Below, in pieces: positions 36,741-50,239 of a stretch of 64,000 nucleotides of DNA. A program made the position numbers and the translations under genes. How positions within the stretch are numbered: the first letter of the stretch is position 1; each line of letters begins with the position of its first letter. The DNA lies in NCBI GenBank assembly GCA_964658305.1, contig OZ210885.1:4836001-4900000 (forward strand). The letters are read 5' to 3'. The notes beneath the pieces are model-generated. The model did no database searches, was not told the origin of the DNA, and saw only the letters and a list, made by a program, of their open reading frames with translations. The DNA is from Leptogorgia sarmentosa. Its lineage: Eukaryota.

Positions 36741-39700
36741 AGTGCCTATCTCATGGTTGGGTTTTTTACATATATGGCATATTTAGATGATTTCCAGACG
36801 ATTTGCAATTTAATGTTCTCACAAAAAATGCCATCTTCATGCTTAATTTTGTGGGTGAAATCAGCATTTCCGCGTTCGAGGGCGCAAAATTGGGATCTGG
36901 TGACTAATCTAATTAGTGATGTCACACTAGGGAGGCCAAAAGCTGCATCTATTATTTCAGTCAGTTTCATATTACCATAAACCACGTTGTCAACGCTTAC
37001 GAGACTTTTTATAAGGTAAAAATGCCAAATCGTTGTGTTGTTTATGGCTGTTCTAATGAACCAAATCCAGAAGCAGGCATTACGCTTCATCCTATACCGT
37101 TTACGGATGATTCTCGACCCGAGGCAAAAAAGCGCAGGAAGAAATGGATTGAGTTTGTCGCTCGTAAGCGAGCGAAATGGACTCCGGGGAAAACTGCGGC
37201 GGTTTGCTCAGTTCATTTTACTGATGAGGATTTCGAAAGGCGATTTTGGAACTTGCAGTCCGAAGAAGAGACGACGATCAGATCCTTAAAGCATTCGCGA
37301 CGAAATTTAAGAAAAGACAAAGTTGGGGTTTCTGTTTGGCCTACCATACAAGCGATTCAACCATCTGAAGCCGAAGGAGAGTCGGCAAGAGACATTCGTC
37401 GCAAGGTAATTCTAATATCAATATGAGTATAACATGTTGCAAAGTTTCCCATACATGACAGTGATGATACTAGAACCATATAATATAACTAAACGAATTA
37501 TATTATAATTACATCCAAGGTTTTCAGAGCTAAGTATGGGGGATGCTCGACATTCACTCCTAGCGAAGGGCAGGCGGCTGGTACTGGTAGTGAAGGAGAC
37601 GAAGTGACGCCGGAGGCAATCGATATAACAGAGCCGGAGGAAATGGATACTCAGAATACAGATGACAACGAAGATCAAGCGCCACAGGTATAACGTTGCG
37701 CTATACTTTTAGCCTAATGCCAGTACTTGGTAGTGTGGCAACATCAAATAATTACACGTACTGTAGCACTTCATTGATCCATGAGTTCATGATCTGTGTA
37801 TTAAATGTATGGGTAATCATTTAGGCTTCTGCTAAAGATGCTTGGTGTCAGACCATGGAAGCAACATCACCAGCAGCGCACTGTGTAAAATGCAAACAGC
37901 TGGAGAACAAGAACCATCGACTAAGCTACCAGTTGAATAATGCAAAAGAAGAGATAAAGTCACTAAAGGAGAAGCTGCAGAGTCAAGAAAGAGGTATACA
38001 TGCCATACAGTAGCCTAATAGTACAGTATGCAGAGTAAAATCCATAGTCAACATGGAAAATCTGCATCATATTACATGATTTTTTATATTATTCTAATAT
38101 ATTCTTCTAGAAACAGTCTCAAGTGATAGTGAAGGTAGCTCAGATGAGGATGAGCCAACAAGTCCAAGCATTCCGGAGGAGGAGAGTAGCAATAAAGAGC
38201 ATTATGACAGTGCCACTACAGATGATACTGTTTCAGAACATATCAGTACAGAAGCCAGCAGTAGCAGTAGTGATGAATCTGACAATGGTCTGCAAGATGG
38301 AGCTGAGTAAGTGTGATATTAAGGCACTCTTTACATGAGCCTGGTTTGGTGGACCAAGTTGTTGACCAGCCCAATCTCATGCAAGGGTGCCTATAAAGAT
38401 TGTACTTTAAGAACTATTAATTTCCAAGTGCTAAGAAGTAGCTTTAAGGGGGAGGAGGGGGGCAAAGAAATACCAGAGAAAGTATGTAAGAGCTTAATGT
38501 GAGGTGGGAGGCTGAATTACACCCTGGTATGTTGCCCTTACTTTCTGGTGTACAGTAAATACTATAACATGTTGAAATTGAAACATTGTACCTTTGACAG
38601 AGCGAAAATACCAGATGGCAACAACCTAAGGACTGAACCAAAGTTTGTGGTGTTTCTGTCCCAGCTCCTGTTGCTATTTTCAGTCTGTCCCTCATGCAAA
38701 GACCAAGGACCATTGGTGAAAGTTCAGAAATATGGTACCATGGCAAAGGTTACAACCACATGCAGCAATGAAGCATGTAGGGGGAGAGAGAATGTCTGGA
38801 ATAGCCAGCCTAACATGACCGATACCAACATTCCAGCAGGAAATTTTTTATTATCATTTGGAACATTGCTTTCTGGTGGTTCCCCTTCAAATATTTTAAG
38901 GGAATTTTGAGCATATGGGACTGTGTTGCATCTCACTGGCTACTTATTTTAGACACCAAAGTGTAAGTACAACATACATCTACAACGTTAGTAGCAAACA
39001 TATATATATTATACATTGTGTTGGTGTGTGTAGTGAAGTCATGTTGTTATTGTCATTTGTCAACAAGTAAAACCGAACCATAATGCAATGGCTTTTGTAT
39101 TGTCTTTAGTGGTTGTTTTCTGGTGTTTTCTCTAACATCTTTAACACTGTGTAAACATATATTTTTTTAGAATATGTTATTTCCTTTGTTGCACAACCAT
39201 TGGCAGACATACCAACTGAAACTTGTGGAAGCAATAAAAAAAGAAAGTCAGGATGGTGTTGTGATATCAGGAGATGGTAGACATGACAGCATGGGGCACA
39301 GTGCCAAATACTGTGCATATACCATCTTCTGTTTCACAACATCAAAGATAGTGCACTTCAGCCTTTTACAGGTAATTATTACTTATCAGTACTGTAGAGT
39401 CAGTACATATTCTCTCTAATTAATTCTGCAAGTACTTTGGATTGGGGTTATTAAATACTCCAGTTGATATTGAAAAACAGTTCACATTATTATTTCAGAG
39501 AAATGAGACAGGTAGTAGCCAGGCCATGGAGTATGAAGGCTTCCAGAGGTGCATGGAGTTTCTGTCAAATAAAGAGCTCAATATGACCACTTTTGTGTCT
39601 GACAGACACACCTCCATCCAGAAACACATGAGAGAGAAACTGCCAAAGATAATCCATTATTTTGATCTTTGGCATATTAAAAAAAGTGAGTTTTCAATTA

Positions 39701-42254
39701 TTTCTGCTGGTAAAATACAGGAAATATTTTCATGATTATTTTTATATCATGACATTATCTAGAGATTCAAAAAGTATTACAGAAACTCTGTAAGGAAAAA
39801 GGAAATGAGGCACTCTTGGAATGGATAAAACCTATCACCAACCATCTCTATTGGAGTGCAACTACAACATCAAATGGGGATGGTCAATTGATCTGGGCAA
39901 AATTTGAATCTTTTCTGAGCCACATCATCAACAAGCATGACAATTTGCCGAATCCAGTCTTTGATAAATGTGCCCACGACGAAAATATTGCAGCAAGAAA
40001 ATGGTTAACAGAAGGTGATTTGTTTAGTTACCTAATTTTGTACTAATTATGTAATATGGTAGTTTTACAACAGTTAGCCTTCTACGTTGGCAGGTTATGC
40101 ATAGTTCACTGAGCTAGCAATGCCTGGTAAACCTCTTTGCTTTTTCCAGATTCTCTTGTGTATGAAAAATTGAATAAAGCAATGACCAAGAAAAATTTAA
40201 AGAATGGAATATTACAAGCCTCTCCTCTGGTCCAAACTAGTAACCTAGAAGGTTTCCACAGTGTGCTAAACCATTTTGCACCAAAAATGCTTGTGTTTTC
40301 ATTTCCTGGAATGTATTGCAGGTTTGTTATACATCATGTAAACCTACAGTATATAATCTTTTTCACATTTACAGTAGAGATGGTATTGTATAATGTGAAT
40401 TTGAATTTGTAAGAAATGTTGTGTCATTATATTACAGGAGGTCCATATTGCTAAGCATCCCCTATATATCTTCATAGGCATCTTCTGGCTGCTATACATT
40501 TCAATCACAATTTGCAAAGAGATGTAAAGAAGTGTCCCGATGGCACAGACCAGATCAAAATTGTATACCCGAAGTTTAAAAGTGGTGAAGCGACAGTTAG
40601 AAGTGTCACTGTTAAACCAAACTATGGTAAGCACAACATTGAATTAACATGAAGCATAAAATACAGTATCATTTGTTGTGCTAACTTTTTAAATGTTTTA
40701 GATTATGTGCAGGATATATACAATTCATTCTTGGGCTCCACAGAGGATGATTTACAACGTGGATTTGAAGCACTGCACGAAATGAAACCATTGCCTATGG
40801 ATTCAAGTCTGGACAAACAGCCTCGAGAAGAGGCTATCCAGCAAAAACAACTGCGACAACAGATGGAAGTAAAAGATGTCCCAGCAACTGGGCAAGGTAA
40901 AAATCTTTTTAGGTAAAGTTTTACTTAGAACTAAATTGGAACTATTAAGGATAAAAATATACTTTTTCTAATTACAGCTGTTGATGCTCCCAATCCCCAG
41001 ACACCACAAGAAAGAGAGAGGCGAAAACCACATTGCAGTACATGTGGCCACCCAATGAAGGGGCACAAAAATATAACAAATTGTCCAAAAAATATGTAAA
41101 TATGTTTCATAATCCACTACCAGTCTTGTTTTTTTCCAGCACCAAGTGATTAATGCAGTAAACTTTATGCTTCTTTGCATCAATTTTGGTGCAAGATCAA
41201 TGTAAGATTATTGGAAATGTTCAAACTTACTGACTTTCAATGGTTGTCACATTTCCACTGGTTTGTCATTGATAACAATAGATGTTTATTTAGGGTGATA
41301 TTTGTCAAAGGAGAAACTAAACTCTTTGCATTTCTTCTTATTGTGTTAACTGGATTGTATTCATATAATATACTATTATACTGCATGTAAATAATAAACT
41401 GGAATTTATTTAGGTATAATTTCCATCCTCTGATATTACTAGTCTTCATAATAAACAGATTTAGATTACCCTAGTCTTGATTGTTGTGAGTCATATAGAA
41501 TAAGGTAGATGTCACTACCAGTGGCTACCGGCCATCATATTCTTGCCTCTCGATTGACAATGTTGAACCAACGTCTATAGTCTCTAGTCTTCATGAGTTC
41601 ATTGTATGTATTTATATAGTCCATCACCGTGTCTTTTTAAAAATATGTAGTCCATGTATTGTTGCCATTTCTTATCCTGTCTTTCATAGTTCACTGGATT
41701 GGACAGCCTTTCTTCCAGATAACAGCTCTCTTTATAACATGTAAAATTACGGCTCCAGCAGGGAATTTCAATTTGACTCGGAGTTACTTTCTGGTCATCA
41801 TCATATCAATCATCATGCTGTGTGGAGCGGAACCTGCTCATATTATGGGTCATATTTAGGGCCGTCTCAGTACAGTAGGCTACACCAGAACCATTTTTGC
41901 TTCGTAGCAAGAAGCTATAGCTGTTTGACCATAAATCCAACATTTTGTGACAACATTGGCTCAATAGTGTTTGTTAGATAATCTTGTTTTGCTATGATTT
42001 TGCCCGCCATTTTGTAACCCGACGTAAAAACAAGAATACGGCCTCCCTAGTGTTACATCATCATTCCATCACTAATTAGATTAGTCACCAGATCCCAATT
42101 TTGCGCCCTCGAACGCGGAAACGCTGATTTCACCCGCAAAGTTAAGCATGAAGATGGCATTTTTTGTGAGACCATTAAATTGCAAATCGTCTGGAAATCA
42201 TCTAAATATGCCATATATGTAAAAAATAAAAAACCCAACCATGAGATAGGCACT
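36741..42254 (+). mobile_element. Kolobok DNA transposon, ~200-bp TIRs, TTAA TSD
   Basis: TTAA|AGTGCCTATCTCATGGTTGGG...CCCAACCATGAGATAGGCACT|TTAA; TIR arms ~36741-36937 and ~42040-42254. Confidence 0.92.
37022..41099 (+). CDS. Kolobok THAP-DDE transposase, about 12 exons, probably one frameshift near 38900
   Basis: THAP (MPNRCVVYGC..VCSVHF..PT), CPSC..CSNEAC, GDGRHDSMGHSAKY, VSDRH, FDLWHI, QTSNLEGFHS..FAPK, HFNHN, C-terminal CSTCGHPMKGH; coding blocks are separated by GT-AG introns. Confidence 0.85.
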
Positions 42255-42375
42255 TTAAAGATGACCACAACAGCATTGAAAAGGGGGAACAAAAATTTAA
42301 GTCTGGTTTTGTACTAGAAATGCAAATGAGAGAGCATACGATAAACGGGAAGGTAAGAGCGTCCATGAAAGACAA

Positions 42376-42441
42376 GTGTTATGCAGTGTCGGTAGAGGTG
42401 TTATGCAGTGTCGGTAGAGGTGTTATGCAGTGTCGGTAGAG
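42376..42441 (+). repeat. Tandem triplication of a 22-bp unit
   Basis: GTGTTATGCAGTGTCGGTAGAG x3, with no spacers. Confidence 0.95.
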
Positions 42442-43723
42442 GTTAATGGCGACGGAAACATCTTAAGTGGTTCGTGCGAATGTCCAAGGGGAAAATGGAT
42501 TTGCAGTCATATGGCTGCCACAGCAATTTACGCAAATAAAAGGGGTCTCTCAAAAACTGACCTTCCTAATTCTTGGATTGCAAGACCGAAAAAAGCTGCA
42601 AAACAAGACGGAAAAACTATGAAAGAGTTCTTTCCGTGTAGCAGGCCAGACTATAAGGCCACACAAAGAGTTGTTTTTCAACAGGACAGATTATTTTTGC
42701 ATAAAAAACTAAACAATGCTGCAGTGCTGTGTCCCATGAAATAGATACTAGAACCAGAGCCACAAGGGCCAGTAGAAGACCCCAAGCAATCATTAGAGCC
42801 TGTATTAATTGATGATTTACAGGAGGAATTTATTCGAGATAAGGATATATTTGTTGAAAAGTGCAAAGTTTCTGAAGAACAAATTGCTTGGTTGGCTGAA
42901 CAAACGACTGAGCAAAGAAATAGTCAAATGTGGGGGAAATTTCGGCGACTACGTCTTACAGGAAGCAATTTTGGTGATGTGTTGGGAGCAATTGAAAGAC
43001 ATACAATCTCCCATAAGCCATACCCACCCTCTCTGTTTAAAATGCTGAACAGAGAATATTGCATTGGGACAAAGGACTCAATAATGTGGGGACAAATGCA
43101 TGAAAATCTTGCCATCAACCAGTACATGAAAGCAACTGGTAATACTGTTCAGAATGCTGGTTTATACTTATTTCCCTGTGGATATCTTGGTAGTACACCT
43201 GATGGCATCATAACTAGTACTTCCTCAGAACTTCCTGGGAAAGGAGTGTTGGAGGTGAAATGTCCATGGAAGCATAGAAATGCTACCATCAATGAAATGG
43301 TACAAGCAGAATTGAATGATAAGGAGTCCAAAAAGGGCTTTTACCTTACCAAGACATTAAGTCTGAACAACCAACATAACTACTGGCATCAAGTTCAGGC
43401 CGAGATGGCTGCTACAAAAACCATTTGGGCTCATTTTGTAATTTGGACAACGAAGGATTTGAAAATCATACTTGTGAAAAAGAACCAAGAATGGATGGAA
43501 CAAAATTTACCCAAACTAAAAAATTTCTACCTGAATGAATTAATGCCATATATTTATAGGAAAGAGGAATGAACATATTCAACAAAATAATTAGAATTTT
43601 ATTTTGTTTCTAATTTTCATGGATAACACAAGAGGTTGTTGCTAATTTTTTTATTGTAGTAATTTTATTTAAATAAATGTTACCTGCACATGCCAAAGCA
43701 ATTGTGTTATAATGTATATTAAA

Positions 43724-45347
43724 TTAGCTTTTCAGAACATCAGATATAATTGGTGTCTGAAGATTTACTAATGCAGAACAAACCTGAACTATTTTGTCAA
43801 CATAAGGTCTAAGTGGCGCAGTTATCAGACCCAATATTTTGTAGTTCCTCAATCTTTCAATTGCCCTTTCAACATGTGTCCTACATCTGGAAATTTTCCT
43901 TGAGAAAACTGCTTCTTCTTTTGTAAACTGACTTTTCCCAGAGAGGAATGCAGGCAAATTCAAAAATACATTCTTAGGTAAAAGATCATGAATCACAAAA
44001 CCTTTATCTGCTAAGATAAGATCTCCTGCCTGTTAGAAGATAAAATAAATTAGTGTCTCACAAATATACATAAAGCATTGGACATATTAGCAAATTCTCA
44101 AATTATTAACCCATAAATTTTCAACTTTCCCTTGATGATCCAAAAACTCTGTTAATGCTACTCATTTTGTCACTCAGTTCTACTTATTAAAGCGTTTGTT
44201 TCCTTACCTTTAGATGGGATATAATCTTTGATTCATCAGTTACAATTTTGTCACTTGTACTGCCAGGAAACCCTTGACTTACAAATGTGATTGTGCCATT
44301 TGGTGCAACACCAATAAGGAACTTTGATGATAGGTAGTGCTTGTAATTACTGAATGTTTGTGCAGCTGCATCAAGGTCTTTTCTTGGAGACTCAATCCGG
44401 AACTCTGTACAGTCAATTATTACTCTACAATTTTCAATGGCTCCAAATGACTCTGGCAGACTAGCTTTATTTTTCTCAAGTGAGGGGATTTGGTTCATGC
44501 AACCAACAAAAAATATCTCATGGAATGCATGTAGGTAGGTAAGAAAAATATTCTGAATAGTAGTAATGCTCACAGAATATCTTGATCCAAGATCAAAATA
44601 TGGAAGGTCCAACCTTAATTTCATTAAAAAGATCAGTATTTCATCTTCCACACTGATTGAAATTACAGTTTTTCCAGTCCAATACTTTAAGGGGGAAAAT
44701 CTTTTGATCATTTCAGTGATTGCTTGAAAGACTGATAGTTCCAATCCTGTATAGCTCTTGAGTTGATCTTTTGTGAGATTTTTGAATCTAAATAGTTTTT
44801 CTTGCAATATCTTGTTTTCTTCTTGCAATTCCGTAAGCTTAGACTTTAAGTCGTGTAACTCCTTCACATCAGGACTAAATAAACAACATCCTTGATAAGA
44901 TATATTCTCATCTGTGGGATTTTCAACGGGAGCATTGACATGAGCATGCGGGTGAAGCTGCTCGACGTTGCTTGCTATATCTTCTACTTGCAGTGTTGAG
45001 TCTGTTGACCGAGCTTTTGTAGATGTGCGAGAATTACGCCGAGGAATTCTCTCATCAATAACTTTGCCACGCAAGTTCCAAGATGGAATACTGCCTGGTA
45101 TAAGGGTAACTTTCCTAAATTTTGCAGGAGAGTCTTTGTTTGGCTGTCTGAAATCTTCATCTGCAAAGTGGTAGGAACAAACGTACGAGTGCTCACTTGG
45201 CTCGAAGTTTTCTCTTCGAATTCTCTTTATCCAAGCATCTCGCACTTCAATATCTTTTGGATATTGATGGAAACTTATAGTAGGAGCGTTTTCAGACGTA
45301 AATTTACACTTATAAACCGAACAACACTTGGGCATTTTAAACTGCAA
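43724..45347 (-). CDS. ISL2EU-type transposase THAP-HTH-DDE; two exons (45347/45335-44208 and 44029-43724), apparently intact
   Basis: MPKCCSVYKC..VCSYHF..P (THAP); LMKLRL..DLG (HTH); IIDCTEF, GSTSD, HLK|AGDLILADKGF across GT-AG intron 44030-44207, RTHVERAI. Confidence 0.92.
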
Positions 45348-47406
45348 TCAATTCTGTAAAAACTTATAAGAACGAACGTTCTGCTTCTGCCGGTTACTAC
45401 CCGGTTGCTAGGGGCGGAAAGAATTGACCAATCAGGTGCGAGTTTGGTTGAAGACCGTATTATAGAGGGATATGTGTCTCAAGCTCCCTAGGGAAATTTT
45501 TCTGTTCCGTACTTAATAATTAATTTTACAAAAGAAAAGGAAATGATACACCCTTGCCAAATAGGATTTATGCAGGGCAACAGGTCAGCAGGTCAGCAGA
45601 CCACATTCTAACTCTGAAAACACTACATGAAAAATATGTTCAACAACAAAACAATGGTAAAATATACGCATGTTTTGTCAACTTCAAAAAAGCGTTTGAT
45701 TCGGTCTGGCATGATGGCCTTTTCTTGAACTCTTAGAAAATAAAATAGGCGGAACATTCTATGATTTAATTAAACAAAATGTGCAGTAAAACTATCAGAT
45801 CAACGAACCCCATTCTTCCCCTTTAAAAGAGGCGTTCGTCAAGGATGTGTATTAAGCCCTATCCTATTTAATCTATACATTAATGAATTGCCAAACCTCA
45901 TTGAAAAAGCAAACACTGATCCATTCCTACTACCAAACAATACACCAGTAAGTAGCCTTCTATATGCAGACGACCTTATCATCATATCAAAGTCCAAAAC
46001 TGCGCTCCAAAATGCCCTAGACACTCTAAATAATTGGAGTAGGAAATGGTTAATGGAAATCAATATGAAAAAAACTCAAATAATGATCTTTCAAAAACAC
46101 AATTCGAAAAAACAAAATCCAAACCTTAACTTCTTTATAGGAAATAACCTAGTCTGTATCATCAATGAATACACCTACCTAGGACTAACTATGACTCCAA
46201 ACGCCAAATTCTCAATGGCTAACCAACATTTAAGTGAAAAAGCGATGCATGCCCTTTACAAAATACGTAAAAATCTCGACTTCCACTCCCTACCCCCTGA
46301 TATAGCCTGTAAAATCTTTGACACGACATCTCACCCATCTTACTCTATAATTCAGAAATATGGGGTGCATATGCTGATAATCACTACCTAAAATGGGACA
46401 AAACTATCATTGAAAAAACCCATTTAAGATTCTGCAAATTAAACCTCGGCGTCAACAGAAAAGCCAGTAACCTCGCAAGCAGAGGTGAACTAGGCAGATA
46501 CCCTCTACAAATCACAATAATCAAACGAATCCTCCGATACATCAAAACTATAACACAATCACCAGACTCGTGTATCATAAAACAAGCCTTCAACCTCTCA
46601 AAAAACCTACATATCAATGGACATAAATCGTTTTACTCGAACACATTAAATATCCTGAAACAATTACACCCCTCACTTAACAACTTAGATCTAGAAACAC
46701 TAACTCAGGAAACCAATATAGACAGTCTCATTGAAGACATCAAATCCAACTACGTCTCATTTTAGAATCAAGAAGTAAAAAATTCAAAAAAACTATCTTT
46801 CTACGCCACTTTTAAGAAAGATTATAAATTAGAAAAATATCTCCATATTATTAAAGATCCATCAACCAAAAGAGCCTTCACAAAATTCAGAATTAGCAAT
46901 CACAAACTACTTATAGAACAAGGACGTTACCAAAATATACCCCGCGAAGAGAGACACTGTAAAATATGTAAAACACAAGCAATAGAAGACGAATTTCATT
47001 TTGCACTTGAATGCCATGGCTATCAAAACATTAGAAACAATGCACATAATATCCTAAAAAAACATATTTCAGATGGCTATTCAAACCGAATCAAAAAGAA
47101 ACCTAATGAGTCACGTGATGTCGAACGATGACCTAGTCTTAGCTGAATTATTTCCAACTTTTATCTCGAGATGTTTTAAATTCAGAGACAAAAGCCTTCA
47201 AACAGGGAACACCTAATTACCACTAACTACGCAGAAGATAATTATTACTAATTAACTACATAGAAAATAACTATAAACATTATATTCCATAGTTCTCTAT
47301 AGTTTATATACTAATTTAGCACAGTGACAATAGACACTTAGTTATGTTATGTTATATGCTTTACAATACCTGTATTAGGTCATGTGAAATAAAGCTTTCA
47401 ATTCAA

Positions 47407-48152
47407 CATGAGTTTCACTACAAAAGGTACAAAAACAAATTAAATCATCTAATCAGAAATGCTAAGAAAACTTGTTATGATAACAAATTTGATCGAGCAA
47501 AAAGCGACTTGAAGGAAACTTGGAAATTAGTAAATGAGGTTATCAATACTAAAAGCAGGAAGTCATCTTTACCACTGTCATTTAAATTAAATGATGCAGT
47601 GATCACTAACCCTCTTGAAATTGCAAATGGATTTTGTAAATATTTCACAAATATTGGCCCATCCTTGGCAAGCAGGATTCTCCCAACAAATTGTGTATTT
47701 CGAGATTTTGTAGGACCAAATATGAGCGATACAATATTCCTTAAACCTACCACTGAACATGAGATAAAAACCATTTCTATGTCTTTCAAAGGTGGAAAAG
47801 CACCTGGTTATGATCATATACCAATGCACCTTGTAAAAAGTTTGTTCGATATTATTTCGAAACCATTAACACATGTGATTAATATATCTCTTGAAAAAGG
47901 GATATTTCCAAATAACCTTAAAACGGCAAAAGTAATTCCTCTTTTTAAAGCTGGTGATGTAGATATATTTACAAACTACAGACCTATCTCGATTTTGTCA
48001 AGTTTTTCAAAAATTTATGAAAAGGTCATGTATAATCGTTTACTTAATTTTATAGAAAGATTTGAAATTTTGTATTCTTTTAAGTTTGGTTTTCGTACCA
48101 AACATTCAACTAATCTTGCCCTCACACATTTAGTAAATAAAATAGCTACTGG
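47407..48152 (+). pseudogene. Host LINE piece 2 (ORF2 linker to start of RT)
   Basis: YKRYKNKL..TWK, KAPGYD, AKVIPLFK, NYRPISIL, FGFR..HST. Confidence 0.9.
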
Positions 48153-48668
48153 CAGGGGCGGATCTAGGGGTAGTCAAGTCAGTCATGCGACTGATGTGTG
48201 AAATCTCGAGAATAATTAATATTCAGAAATTCCGAATTCAGGAAATCTGAATATCGAATATAAGAATATTGTATATTGTAGTCCAGTTAACATATTCGTG
48301 CAGCGTGCGCTTTGAATCATTTTTTTTTCAAGACAGTGGTATTTCACCAAAATCTTGCTGTATCGGGTGGTGATTTCCAGATATTTGATTGGTCGAGAGG
48401 CCATATTCGCCATTTTGACTGATCTTTGCGGGGGTCTGACTTACTTACTCAATTTAGAGCTCTCTACAAGCTTTCTGATTGGGTGATTTGAAAACAATTC
48501 TCACTCTCATTGGCTTGTTTTTTTCTGACTGATCCTGACTGAATCTTTGCATGGGGTATCAGTCATGATGCGGCAAGCTGCATAGCTGATTAATATGCAG
48601 TCTTTCCAATTGCTTCTTTCACTGCGAAGGTTCATTCGAAGTATACCGGCAATTTATATTTTGCAAAT

Positions 48669-50030
48669 ATGTCTTGCAAATACGATACTGTTCGATCGGA
48701 ATTGATCAAAGGAGATGTAAAGTCTCTGGAGATCATTTATTCTGAGTTGAAAGGAGAAGTTCGACGTTTGCGCTCTACACAAGAGCTTTTGGCAAACATG
48801 TATTCGCCAGACCACGCTTTGAGTCGAAATTTTGGAGCCGAAAGTTATGTGTCCAAAAGCGCTCTTCGAGGAAAGAATAAAGCGTGTACTGCTATAAGAT
48901 AAAAATAGTTTGTGCTTTTAGTTAGGTATAGATTTGCAGTGCTTGATATAGTCAATCTTCCATGCCACATTTTATATTTTGAATATGGATATGCTTTAGC
49001 ATATTGATATATTTGCATATTGTTGCGCATGGTGCAAAGGTCATCATAGATTATTTTTTATTCATTATACAAGCAATCAAGCCCATATTGTCATTAATGT
49101 GCCATTTGTGTGCTTCGCGTTGTAAACTTTAAATCCATAGAAACAGTTACCTCTGTTTAATGATTATTTCCTAATAATAATAGACTTGGAAATTTGTAAT
49201 AGCTTGTGAAGATATAAACTATAAAGCACTGAAATGTGGTCTGAAATCACAACAATAGTTATATACGACATGAAAGTGCGTTGATGAATGTAACGTATTT
49301 TATACAGAAATTCAAATTTAATTTACCAAAATAAAATTAATCGAGTATACATGATTTGGCATTGAAGCCAGTGACCTTGCACTGGGTTTTAAAATATTGA
49401 TAATTAAGCAATAGTTCTGTTATTGAATTCTATTTCAATATGTCATTGTTGAATGACATCATGGCTACACTGGCAACTTTTTCTTCAATTCTTTTCAAAT
49501 ATTGCGTATAGATCTGATGTCTCTGGTGATTGTCTTTAAAGTTCTGTTTCTTTGGTAATGGTAGGCGATAACAGTTTAGTTCCAACTTTAAGAATCTTGA
49601 CTTCTATTGAACTCTACATTAATGCTACTTTTTATTCCCAACACCCATGTTTCTTGTCTGTTATGAATGAGCATGGTAAGTACTTTCGCCTAAAAAATCT
49701 TTTACCTTTGTGTGTGTCACAAGATTGCTTGGATAGTAATTTGACTGAAGATGACTTGGTGAGGAAGGAGGCTATTTTGAATTGTAGTAGTCACAAGTGG
49801 TCATCATTTCTATGTATTTTGGGTCTTTCATCTATTTTACGCATGAATATTTCCACCTACTATCCTGATTGTGGTGAGCTGCGATATAAATTACTTTTGA
49901 ACCGCCTGATTACACCTCGCAAACAGGATCACAGTGTTGATTCAGAAGCTATTCACCTTTTGTTTTGTTTTGAAGGCATTGTTGAACCTGGCAAAACCTT
50001 TCAGCCTAACCACTTTGTTCCTCTCCTTTT
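48669..50030 (+). pseudogene. Vertnin-like OTU cysteine-protease-like module inside the hAT (probable exons 48669-~48898 and ~49512 onward)
   Basis: SDVSGDCL*SSVSLVMVGDNSL..LR..TSIELY.NA..Y..HP ... W ... YYP ... HLLF ... PNHFVPL matches an OTU-like Cys and His motif arrangement; same ORF (49552-50394) continues toward the transposase. Confidence 0.6.
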
Positions 50031-50239
50031 TCATGCTCACAGAATGAAACGAAAATCAGCAGCTTCTTATCCATCTACATCTAAGAAACTCAAGGAAACT
50101 AATATTTCTCATTATTTTACTGTAGCAGGGAAGCCTAATGAGAGTTTTTCTTCCTCATCAGCACTTGCTGCTCCACTGAAACAAGAGCCAACTAACCCAA
50201 GTTTTTCAGGTTCAAAGGCAGAAACAAGTCAGGTAGTTA

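Larger units (their letters stand above)
36682..43572 (+). pseudogene. SWIM zinc finger + YqaJ/lambda-exonuclease-like gene of the ISL2EU element (36682-36740 + 42259-43572), disrupted
   Basis: MEGNE..LNFFK|DDHNSIEKGE rejoins across the Kolobok; CECPRG..CSH (SWIM); EQR..W..RR.RLTGSNF, WG..HE, GSTPDG, LEVKCP, YWHQVQ. Disrupted by a 3x22-bp repeat and a TAG at 42742. Confidence 0.88.
36511..45458. mobile_element. ISL2EU-type (PHIS group) DNA transposon with ~65-bp TIRs and convergent transposase and YqaJ genes
   Basis: TIR AC(A/G)GTC..CAACCAAACTCGCACCTGATTGGTCAATTCTTTCCGCCCCTAGCAACCGGGTAGTAACC at both ends, flanked by AT (36509-10, 45459-60). Removal restores the RTEX RT frame. Confidence 0.9.
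28599..47406 (+). mobile_element. RTEX-like LINE copy B in three pieces (28599-28756, 33130-36510, 45461-47406)
   Basis: 5' UTR motifs CAAGATGGCGG/CACGTG/GGTAGAGA are shared with copy C; ORF1 at 33162-34742; ORF2 fragments rejoin as DPNN|YRGICVSS across the ISL2EU; 3' stem-loop, AATAAA and TTCAA tail. Confidence 0.88.

Noticed and set aside
36753..36980. Similar ORFs at 36753 (+) and 42053 (-)
   Set aside because: They are translations of the Kolobok TIRs.
42376..42441. Three 22-bp direct repeats next to a YqaJ (Cas4-like fold) nuclease, suggestive of CRISPR
   Set aside because: The repeats are head-to-tail with no spacers and duplicate coding sequence (CYAVSVE); the context is a eukaryotic transposon.
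42892..43572. YqaJ ORF as phage or bacterial contamination
   Set aside because: It lies inside TIRs opposite an intron-containing THAP transposase, the normal ISL2EU arrangement.
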